From Lepidodermella squamata (lineage: Eukaryota; Animalia; Gastrotricha), in contig JBLDXI010000036.1 in NCBI GenBank assembly GCA_047495785.1, positions 1 to 64,000 on the forward strand: a stretch of 64,000 nucleotides of DNA, in the 5' to 3' direction. The notes under the pieces were generated by a model. That model saw nothing but the letters and a program-made list of their open reading frames with translations, had not been told where the DNA came from and made no database searches. Below are positions 49,434 to 60,700 of this stretch, piece after piece (positions within the stretch are counted from its first letter, which is position 1; each line of letters starts with the position of its first letter). The position numbers were made by a program, and so were the translations under genes.

Positions 49434-50088
49434 ATGGATACCGGCCATTCGGAGTTGTTGGATCTATCGCGAAAACGTTCTAATAAGGCGACCATCATTT
49501 CGATAACCACAATCGCACCATGGGCTGCCGTAGTAACAGAGACGAACTTAACAGTAACAGTAGAGACGGAGCAGAGATCAGCATTTCAGGCTTACTCGAA
49601 GACTCAAATCCCATTCGAGAATTGGAATCACAACGATTGCGAGACGGTAAGATTCAGTTACTATGACTAAATTGTGAATCATTTTGTCTTGATAGATCAA
49701 ACCCCCAGTCGAGTCGTTTGATGGCATTTTGAAATCAACGTCTAATTTAGCCAAAGAAAAGCTTCCGAATATAAAATTTGTATGCGATTACTGTCCCAAA
49801 CGCCGGGTATATACCACCCGTAACGGCCTTCGGCTTCACGTTAGAGCGCACCATTTCGAGAAATTTGCCATGACGTGCTTCACGTGTTCGCGGCTGTTTG
49901 AGAACGCCGCTCAGCTGCGAATTCACTTGTATCAGCACAGGAGATCAGCACAGCTGTCGACCAAACGAGGCTCGGCAGCATCGCAAGTAAATTCCTCGCC
50001 CAAAGGCTCTTTGAACTCGGAGATTTATTCCCCTGATCGAGTCTCGCCAAGCTCAACCATTAATGAAGAATTCATAGAGGTTGATTGA
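49434..50088 (+). CDS. C2H2 zinc-finger protein (2 fingers), at least 2 exons
   Basis: Exons 49434-49646 and 49696-50088 in frame; CDYCPKRRVYTTRNGLRLHVRAHH and CFTCSRLFENAAQLRIHLYQH; an upstream acceptor suggests more 5' exons. Confidence 0.75.
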
Positions 50089-50095
50089 AACGAAT

Positions 50096-50263
50096 CCCGT
50101 AGCAACATTTTGCACTTTTATAATTAATTATGCAAATGAGTTTGAGAAAAACAGGATACAAGGAAAATTTGCCAGCAAAAGGTTCGAGGAAAAAATCTTG
50201 TTTCTTGTATTTTTCAAACTCATTTGCATAATAAATAATAAAAGTGGAAAATGTTGCTACGGG
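50096..50263. mobile_element. Hairpin MITE, CACTA/CMC-like
   Basis: CCCGTAGCAACATTT...AAATGTTGCTACGGG imperfect ~60-bp arms; 2-bp TSD AT. Confidence 0.8.
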
Positions 50264-50564
50264 ATCCAGATGAGAATTTTTGGAAAAATTGTTGATATGA
50301 CTCAAATCTACAGGGAGAAAGTTGTAATAAATTCTTTATAGCGCTTTAATGGTTTTTGGAGAGTTTTGATGTTATGATTGGTTTGAACCTTCAATTTAAC
50401 TGCCATGGGCTAGGTTGGCTTGGAAACCGCAATCCAGCTTTGCTTTTTCTATTTTTTGTAGACGAATTGACAATTTTCGATTGGGCAAAACTCATTGCTT
50501 ATCTGAGAATACGCTCATACGTTGTTGAACGTTGTTGAACCGTCCGGAATCCGAATACTTTGAC

Positions 50565-50815
50565 AGCAATTCGTCATCGAGAACAAAGCAATTTTCTTAT
50601 CTCTTATCAGGTCAAAGTGAAATTCTAGTCCTTGACTCATGAAACAGACACCTCAGTCAGGGCGTTTCACGTGCTGACGTTTATCGACCCGTAAACAACA
50701 CCCGTGAACACGCGACCAAAATACGCAGCAGTAAACGAATGACTGTTTTATTTCTTTCTATTTTAACGTATTATATATTCTTGTCAAAAATCACAATTCC
50801 ACATCAATGAAAAGT
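50565..50815 (+). promoter_or_regulatory. Orphan copy of the cluster promoter ending at ATG AAA
   Basis: Colinear with the upstream regions of B (27040-27265) and F (62650-62885): CACGTG 50668, GTAAACAA 50691, CACGCGA 50709, AATCACAATT..TCAATGAAAA (ATG 50807); no exon-1 coding sequence follows. Confidence 0.8.
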
Positions 50816-51318
50816 GTACACTGTACGGGAATTTGAAAACGCTTCTGGAAATGCGACAAGAAGCTGCTTGAATAAAACTAGGAAAAAATTTCTGGTCTCC
50901 TTCTAATTACCTTCAGGACTCAGGATCAAGATTCCAGATCTTTGAAAATTAGGTCTCTGGAGATTGATACCTGATAGCCTAAGGTAATAAAAAATGCGAA
51001 GTGGGCAAACTTTTCGATTGAAAAGCACGAAAATTGCCAATTTTTAACTCAAAAATCCCTAAAACTGGCCGGCTACACAAGATCTTATAAGTGTACGCCG
51101 ATTAACAATTTTTCGAAGCCAGCAAAATCAACACAGCCTGAAAATATTTATTTGTAAGATCAAATTTATAATCCATAATTTTGATTTCAATAGCTGATTT
51201 AATTATGCACCGCGATAAATGATAATCGTCAGAACGTTCATGAACAGGAAGAAAACATATTTAAAAGAGTTCAGTTAACTGCAATGAAGTTTCAACATAG
51301 CGCTACGCTGCCATTACG

Positions 51319-54300
51319 CTAATATGTATATTGCTCGCACACGACGTAAGAAATTGTTTGGTTGCATGGCGGTGGGAAGATGGCATATTCTTCATTGTTA
51401 TCATCCCAGGCTATGGCAGCGCAAAGCTCGTCAGGAGACAGGGCAAAGGGGAATTCGCCATCGGTGTCCGGATTGGTGATAACAGTTCCGTCTTCCCAGA
51501 CCAGCATTTTACCTGCAGCTTTGATCAAGCCAACCCAGGCTTGGAAAGCCATTTTATCAAGTCCCTCCTGCGTGATCTTGTCATCGCTAGCCTGCTTAGC
51601 TGCAGCTCTCTCGTCAGTGGTCTTCGGCATGGCTATTTGAGCGTTGTTGTTTCGGCACACTTCGACAGCCTCAGTTTTTGTCATTGGACTTCCGCCAAGA
51701 ATGATGAATTGTTTAGCAGCCGATTCGCACACTCGATTGTTCCAAGATGGTGGGTATCGCGTTTCACCATCAAAGCAGCTGATGGTTCGACAGGTCAGCG
51801 TTTGATCTGCCGCAACGCAGCTGTACAATCTGAAATTACAAAACGCCCAGCAAGGGATCAAAAGTATTAGTTGAGCGATTGAACTTAAGATTACAAATTG
51901 ATCTGAATTACACTTTCCATGTGATTCACTGATATTTCATCCGTATAATCACGTATAATTAAAAATGGATTTAAACACAACTTGTTCGCACATTTTATTC
52001 TGGAATCAGAGACCGCATGCTGAGGGAGAACAATTAACTAAGACCCAGCCTCTAGCCCTAACCCCAACCCTAACCCTAACCCCCCCACCCCCTCTCTTCG
52101 TACTCCCCCTGAATGTCTAGACTTTACAAGACCAGAATAGGCATACCGTAATTGTTCCTAGTTCCTAGTTCCGGTCAACCAAATTCCAACCTGAGAGCTG
52201 AAAAATTTGAAAATCCATTTCCAGTGAATCTCAATTTTCATGTTTCCGAATCGACCTGACCTCTAAACCCTGGGCTACTAATTCCAGGTAATTGGAACAA
52301 ATAGAGCCGATCAACCCAACCTCCGAAGGTTAAACTAGAAGAAGAGACAATTTTGTTGAAGATTCGAATCATAAAAACGCTATATATCAGGTAAATATTT
52401 ATATTTTTCAGAAACTTACGGGGTCGCACAAACTTCAAACGAGCCGTAAGTTGTACCGCTCGAATCCAGTGCCTAACGCAAACATGTTGAATTCACAGCG
52501 GTCAACCTGCAATGAACTTACCGATCCAGATGGGCATGATACTGTTTGAGGAATGCAAAGCGTCGGAAAGCTGGTCGAACTGTCTACACATCGGCTGAAT
52601 GGTGACTAAATGTGAAGAATGGAAGCTTATGAAGTGACATTATTTTAAATAGTACAGCTTACCGTGATATTTCCGTTGCAATTTGCCGAGTTGTCAGCTT
52701 TCGGAGTTTCCAATGTACCGAAAGTGCTGAACTACAAAAAAACACGATAACAAAACTGTTTTGCAAAAAATGGGATTTATGACTCATTGTTATTTGATTT
52801 CAAAATTCGTAAAATTTAGGAAATGAAAACTGAACAAAATAGGTGAGAGGTATCACCTCGAATTTGCCTGCTCCCGTCGGGCAGGATTCGCTACAGCTAC
52901 CGCCTTTTATCGAATCGAAGCACATTTTCACGCTCTGTTATGACATATAAAAATGCCAGTAATAATTTCTTGTTCACTATGAGCGAATCCAAAGAGCTTA
53001 CCCCGGTTTCAATCTCAGCAACTTTCTCGCACATGGCGAATTTCGAAGTGCTATCGCAAAGAACAACATCGTAGGTATATTCCTCGTAACGATAATCCCA
53101 GGACATGACGGCGCAAACAGTGATTGGCTGGAAATATATACCGGTCCGATTTATCTCAAGAACAATATCCGCATTCCAATTATTGGCAGTGTAATTATAA
53201 GCAGTTCCGTCGTCCCAAAAAAACGATCCATTAGCGTATCTTGTCAGAGCAACCCACGCCGAGAAATCGTTCCTATTCATGCCGGTCTGCGACACTTTAA
53301 GAGCGCTAGCTGCTTGTTCTTCGCGGTAATCGATCAAGCCTGAGAGATTTCCATTGGCGTAATCGGGAATATTCTTCAGCATCGCAAGTTTGCCATCGTT
53401 CGCGGCGCAGAGCGCTGAAGCTGCGCCTCGAGTCAAGTCGGCCGGTCCTCCGTACACGAAAAACTGTCTCCTCGCGAGTTGGCACTTGAAGAGAGCTGAG
53501 AACGAAACAGTGGCTGGGTTGCGGGTTTCACTTGCTAGGCAGCTTGACGACCGTTCGACAGTTGACGGATCCGTCCGAGGCTTCACATCTGACATATCTA
53601 GACAAAATTAAAAAAAAACACTTCTTGAAACTCTAGAGGTAAGAAAACCCAAGAAATTCCTTTAGTCCGAGAATTCATGGCTGAAAGTGGTCAAAATTAC
53701 CCCCTGACTCTGGGGTTCAACTTCGCACTCGTCCCTATGAATGATTATCTCATAACAAAAAAGTTTCAACCCACTCTGTGGCCGTAATTGTTGAGCAAGC
53801 TGCGAAATTGTTGTAGACAACACCGTCGACGTTCGCATTCTTTCACGGAGAGTTGAGCTATATATCTGAACATTCTACATCAAGCTGAATCTACCGTATT
53901 GGCTGGGCAAGATTTTGATTGTGGAACGCAAATGGCAAGGGCGTTGCTCGTAGTGTCCATACATCTTTTGTGTTGTCCCTGGAGAAAGAAAAGCATAACC
54001 AGAAATAGTGGATGTGGATGGATGCTGTATTACCTGAGCCAGAGCTTGGCAAGTGGCTTGATTGTCAGATTTTGGAATTACTGCTGTGCCGATTGGCCCG
54101 AGCTGAAAAATGATACGGAATTAGAGTCACTTTCCGAACAACTCCAAGCTCTCACGTCGTATTTGCCGGCTCCTGTATCGCAATTGTCACTGCAGCTTCC
54201 ACCGCTTGTCGCGTCATAGCACAATTTGATAGTCCTGCAGGGTAATTCAATTTGTATGCGAACTTTTCGAAAAGAAAATTCCCACAGATTATCTGCCTTA

Positions 54301-55912
54301 AAATGTCGTAAAATCGCAACAAGTGCGTGCAATAGAGTATTTATCAGTTAAATTAAATTAACCAATAAATTAATTTGGTTAAATACAGGACGTTCGCGTA
54401 ATAATACTCTGCGTGAGCTAATATTTAATAGCTACAAAGAAGCTCAAATGAATGCAAAAAGTAGCAAAGCTATTTTTAGAATATAATTTTCTTTTCTTAT
54501 CTAATTCCTTTTCTGATAATGAAGATTAAATAATTTCATACCCATATGTCGTTTGCTTCGCTAGACAGCTCGCGTAATTGCTCATGAAGTCGGTTTTATT
54601 GAAGAAAGTTTCAACCTAAAACGAAAAAACGAAAGACAACTGATTCAAATTGTGGCAACATTATTTACCAGCGTAAAAGGAGACGGGCATCGGCTACGGC
54701 AAAGCACTTCGCTTGACGTTGAACACAAAGCCGCGGGCTGTAAAATAGTGAGACGTAATTACATAAAAAATTGGGAAAATCCAACTCACTCCAGCAAGAC
54801 AACGCGCTTTATCAGCAAAACTTTCCGGGCTATAGTCCTGAAATTAATCAATAGTTAACAACTGGTTTCTTCAATCTACCATAATCACTCACCCTAGTCA
54901 TGAGAGCCGCGTCGCATTGAGTTGGCTGGCAGCCAGCAAAGGAGCGATCACTTTTCAAAAAGCATCGCAGGTTTGTTGAAAAATCGCTTGTATTTCGAAC
55001 GACTGAAAAACAGCGCAGGATGAATTAGCTTGAAACATAATTCATTCTTACTGTTCGCAGCAGTCATACAAGCCTGAGTGTCCACGCTCCAGTATCTCAC
55101 CAAAGTCTTTGAAAGAAAACAAAAATAACGATATCGCCATTGATATTGCAGATCCTACCCAGTTGTTGGGACAGTTGTTAGTGAATGGAATGCAGATCGA
55201 TTGCCCGCTGTTATTGCATTGCGTGGCTGGGAAGGTCTGTGAAAAAAATCGAAATTTTATATTTTCTGAGTAGTTTTCAGTGTAGACGAACCAGAAATTT
55301 CGTAATTTCACCACGGCAGGTTTTGTACATTGCGCCGAACAAAGTTCCGATGTATCTTTGAATCTGTGGAATAAGGAAATTAACGACAATTAAAATGATG
55401 ATTGAAACAAGGGGTATTGAAAGCCGTTTTTCAAATTTAAAACGCAAATTTTAAAAAAAGCAAGCTTTTAATTTATTTATAGATATTGTTTTCGATAAAA
55501 TCTTGATTGATCATGATTTTTTCAAATGATCACTAACCTCAATTTCATCAGCGGAACAGCTAATCTTGCCAGGCAAACATCTCATGTTGATTGTTTTGTA
55601 GTTGAAACAGCTTCGAGCCCACTGCGGAAAAATAATTGATTCCCAAAATCGAGCCTTATCGAAAAAAGCTCACTCCAGTTCTGCACGCTGTCAAGGTCGC
55701 AAAGGTTCCTCCAAGCTGGGTTTAAATAAATTAACTTGCGATGTTGGGAATAATTGGAAAAATTAGAGCACCTGGTACTCTTGAAGAATCGGGCATTGGG
55801 CTTTACAGCCATTGAATGCGTCGTTGGTTCGCGAGAAGCATCGCACATAAGTAGCAGCATCGGCTGCTTGTATCAACCCGATAATAACGCAAATAAATGC
55901 AAGTGTTTTCAT
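51319..55912 (-). pseudogene. Gene E: same architecture as C/D but +4-nt frameshift before CTLD1
   Basis: MKTLAFICVIIGLIQAADAATYVRC...; at 53545-53551 seven nt replace three (NCRT-VVKLPSK*); the other exons I checked are open. Confidence 0.75.
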
Positions 55913-57704
55913 GGGTTTGTACTACTTTACTAACGTGAAATACTAACCAACGTTTCTAACGTGAAATAAATTTCAAATGGCAGTATAAGAAAATGAATGA
56001 ATCAATCAAAGCAACATCTATTTTTCAATGTTGCTCAACGCGTGCTCGGGTGTTGTTTATTTGAAAAGAAACCTGCACGCGATTTTATCAAAAAAATAAC
56101 GATTCAGTTAGAAAAATAAGAGCAATTATCCACAAACTGATGCGTCTATTTTGCAAGGTCAAATTATGTGTTTTTCTTGTTGATATCACAGACGTTTCCA
56201 GATTTTTAACCTTTTCCGGCTGTGATTTAATTATAGTGATTTTATCGCCAGAATAAGGAATTGTTTTACGCATTTGAAAATATGATTTCATAATAAAATT
56301 CCTACGCCTACGCCATTCGTCATTCTGGTTAGGGCAAAGAGAAAGAAGCAGTGATTCTTCTCGACCTGCATGATGCCGGGTTGCCGCAGTGAAGTCCGGC
56401 TTACTGCCCGCCATCGCTTTGAGGAATAAAAGTTTGCCGGTACTTTGAGGACATGGAATGAGGATATGTAGAGCGAAGTGGCAGGTAGACCGCGAAACTG
56501 GCAGGGATTACAAAAAACGACTCAAGGGCCGACATTTGGTCTTCAAATGAGCTCATGGTACGGACCGATGGAACTGGTACCACCCCTAGCGGTACTTCGT
56601 TCTCTGATGGAAGCGGAAAAAGCTAAGCGAACAGGTAATTTTCTTCTGCGGATATTTTATCACTGTCGGAAATAAGGTCGATCCGCTGAATTTAGACCCT
56701 GCTACCGGCGTGCTAGCCACCGATGTTTCAGTTATTCAGAATCATACTAGAGTGTATTAGTACCCCGGAACTTAGGGATTACGAAGATCGAAGTAAGGGC
56801 CCCCACCCCGCCCTTTGGTCTTTGACGAAGTTCACCTTGCGGACCTTATAAACTGGTAGGGATGATCCCCGCCATCCCTAGCAGCAATTCGTTTTCTTTT
56901 CATAATTCCTACCACTTGTCGAGTTTCATGGCTTAGGTCTTTTTCGGATTCAAGCCGCGGATACTTTCAGCGCCAAAAACCCGGATAAATGCAAGCCTTG
57001 TTACTGATACCAATAATTCTACACCATGGAACTGACAGGCGACCTCTGTACCCACCTGTGCAATCCACATCAAGGCGCTTGAAGCCCCTGAAACAAAGAT
57101 TTCAAGGATTTCGATGATGAAATGCAGGGTTTCTCAAACTGGGGGTCGCGGGAGTTGCCTGATGATTTTCATAAAACTTGAAGATTGCTAAGATTTGGTT
57201 TATTTTTGGTCCAAATTTCAGAAATAATCGTTAGATAAACCAATAATATTCGACTGAAAACCGGCTGCAAATGCGGTGAGGAATCCGCGGTTCATGGAAA
57301 GGTTGGAGAAATTCCAGTAAACCGGATGTTAATTTAGCGATATTCAATTGCTTGGTCGTAGAATCACGAAATTTTCATTTTCAGCTTATTTTCAAACACT
57401 GAAAAACGATAAAAAATGGAAACAATTTCTAGGGGTCGCAGCTTGATAGAAATCGTCGATTTTTGGGTCATTGAGCGTTGGGTGTTAAAACATCCTGTGA
57501 TATGGCGAGTTCGATAATTTATTTTTAGGGTTGAAATAGATCGGCAAATTTTCTGAAATTCATAAGCCAATTAACATTATTTATTAGTTGAGCCGCATTA
57601 GCAAGGCATTAAATAATAATATTTTGATGTTGCGGCGAAAAACTATTTAGTGCAAGAGTCGACTCAAAATATCGAAAAATCAGGTCAGAATTACATTTCT
57701 AACA

Positions 57705-60700
57705 TTAAATAATGATATACTTCTCGCAGATGACATAAGGAGCTGTATCGGTACAGTTCTGCAGTTCATAGTAGTAGTCACTAGGCTGTCCAGTTGGAAC
57801 GTGTTTCACAATGAAGCAAAGCTCAATAGGCGTGGTACCGAAGTAGGCAAAGTAATCAATGTAAGAAAAAGGGCGAAACGTGCCATCTTCATAAATAAAG
57901 TTATTGTTATCACCGGCGGGTTTCTTGAAGCCAACCCACGCTTTGTAACTGTCAGCGTCGAGTTGCTCCTGGAAGGCCTTGTTACTGCTAGCTGTCGTGA
58001 TAGCATCTCTCTCGTCAGAGGTCTTCGGCATCGCTATTTGAGCGTTGTTGCTACGGCATAGATCGATAGCTGCAGTTCGTGTCATTTCACTTCCTCCTAG
58101 AATTAGAAACTCCTTGCTGGCTGAGTCGCAAATTCGATTGTTCCAAGACGATGGATATTTCGTTTCGCCTTCGAAGCATCGGCTCGTTCGACAGTTGATC
58201 GATTGATCCGGCGCAACGCAGCTGAACAATCTGAAACAGAAAACCCATAATGAAAACGGGAATAAAGCGAAATACCATGTTTCAGTGTGCGCGTAACAGA
58301 GGGTTTGAGGGAGTTGGGCACACCGAAATAACCCTAGAAGAAAAACTCCGCACATGATGCAAGATCTCACATGGTCAGTTCTACACGCACGGTCATGGAA
58401 TAAATGTGCAAGATCACGGCCGATCATGCACGTTATCATGCAAGTTCATGGAGAGATCCTGCAAGAGCTGATGTAGATCTCTAATGAGCGAGCGTACGAG
58501 AAAGATTACTAGGGATAGTAATTTTAGTAATTTTAGTAAAATAGTAATTTTATTACTTGGGAACCCCCTACCTCGAGGTTTCTACTTCATCCATCACCAT
58601 GGTTTGAATTTTCTATTAATTTTCGAGCTTTGAGTAAATAGGAAGCTTCAGTTACTTCGGAGCATATTCCTAGGCCTTTCAAGACGTGGAGGTACTGATT
58701 TTTGAGTAATGCCAGCTAAAATTTTGTTTTAAAACGCTTGATTTTAAATTCCTAGTTGGAGCCTAACCCGCTGAGCCGTCTAATCTTGAAGTTGGACCAA
58801 TCAGTGCGTGCAGTAAGGGGGAATCGGGGGTATCGTACCGCCCAGTTTGCAAGGCTAAAGGGGAAAATTTGGTCATAAAATTTGGGCCCGAAAATACCCC
58901 CGATAGTTCGAGGTTCGAGGATCCTACGTCGCGCTCTGGGACCAATGAATGTTAATAAACTTGGCCATTTCCTCCCGAACAAAAAAGTTTATCAAATGCG
59001 ACTTTTCTCGTGTTCAAAATCCGCAGGTTCTAAGTTCAATTGAATCCGGTGAAAAAACTCACGGTGTAGCACAAATTTCGAACGTCGTGTAGCGAATTGT
59101 TGTACTGCTAGAAGAGTCCACTGTCTATCGACATGTTGACCGAAATTCATAACCTTCCATCTGCACTAATTTTCCGTTTAACCTACCGTGCCAGGAGGAC
59201 ATGAATATTTGTAAGGAATACAAACTGCGGAGAAATTGGTTGCCGCATCCACACACCGAACGTATGGTGGCTAAGATTCGAGCAGACGGGAAAATGAACG
59301 ACGAAAGCTTAATTGCTCAGGTAACTTGCCTGAATATTCAGCTGGCAGGTATCTAAATTATCAGATTGTAGAGACTCCGTTTCACCGAACGTGCTCACCT
59401 ATAAATAAGTACAAAATTTTAAATTCTAAGTTAGAAAAATATGCCAATGCCTTACTTCGTATTTGCCCGCAGGGCAGGTTTCATCGCAGCCGCCACCGTT
59501 GATAGGATCGAAGCACATCTTTACGCTCTGATGAAGCAGAAAATCGAAGTGAACAATGATGGGATATTTCAGAAAACCTTACTCCGGTTTTAACCTCTGC
59601 GACCTTCTCGCAAATGGCGAATTTTGAATTGCCACTGCATGAAATCGCATCGTAGCGAAATTGCTTGTTATAGTTGTCATACATCATGATGACACAGACA
59701 TCAATCGGCTCGGCAACATTCAGAGTCGCGTCATTAATAGCCTCGCTCCATTGGAAAGGCAAGAAAGCATAGGCAGTTCCGTCGTCCATAAGCAGCGATC
59801 CATTGGCGTACCTCTTCAAGCCAAGCCACGCCGTGAAATCGGCTGCGTTCATGCTAGCCTCGGACACTTTGAATCCGCTAACTCTCGTCTGGTCATCGTA
59901 ATCTTTTCTGATCTTCTGCATCGCCAGTTTCGCTCCATTTGCAGCGCATAGCGCAGAAGCAGCGCCTCGTGTCAAGCCGGCCGATCCTCCATAGATGAAA
60001 AACTGCCTCTTCGCCTGTTGGCACTTGTACAGAGATGAAAATGAAGCCGTGGCTGGGTTGCGGGTTTCACTCGGTAAGCAACTGCCGGTTCGACAGTTCA
60101 CGGATCCGTCCGAGGCTTCACATCTGAGATACCTATAGTAATGAGAAGTAATCTGTCATGGTCTTTGCTTTGATTGGAACATTTAAAAGATCCATGACAG
60201 CCCATAAATAATTCTTACATCTTTCACGGCTGCAACGCGCGAAATTGGATCCTCGAGCTAGGGGTATTTTCGGGCCTAATTTAATGACCAAAGGGTCCCC
60301 TGTGGTTTTGTGCAGGTTAGGCTTACTTCATGCCCTGCACGGCGAGAAGGAGGCTGCCGGATTACAGCCCACCTTAATTTCAGTTTGATCAATTTTAGCT
60401 TTAGACAGGGGTGAGTCGAAATTTCGGATAGCCGAACAATTTAGAACCGAACCGAACCCAATTCGGGTGCCTAATTTTCAAAGCTTGATTCGGTTCGGCT
60501 GGGATCGGTTATCCCAAATCCCAAAAAACCGAATTTGAAACAGATGGGTGGTAATTCGAAAATATGCCGTTATATTATATAATTTATAATTTATATCTAT
60601 GCACTCTATTACGACAAGCCGAATTTCAATTCAAATTTTTACAGATTTCTTTGAATTATGAATCGGAGTTTTTTATTTGATTCGATTTTACCAATTAGAT

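Noticed and set aside
56300-57100. DIRS-like retroelement relic
   Set aside because: Only a weak resemblance (W..PMELVPPLAVL) with many stops; not supportable without a search.
57705-58439. 244-aa single-exon membrane lectin
   Set aside because: The N-terminal ~70 aa is intron read-through; the exon starts at the acceptor at 58230. The same applies to the other CTLD ORFs in the track.
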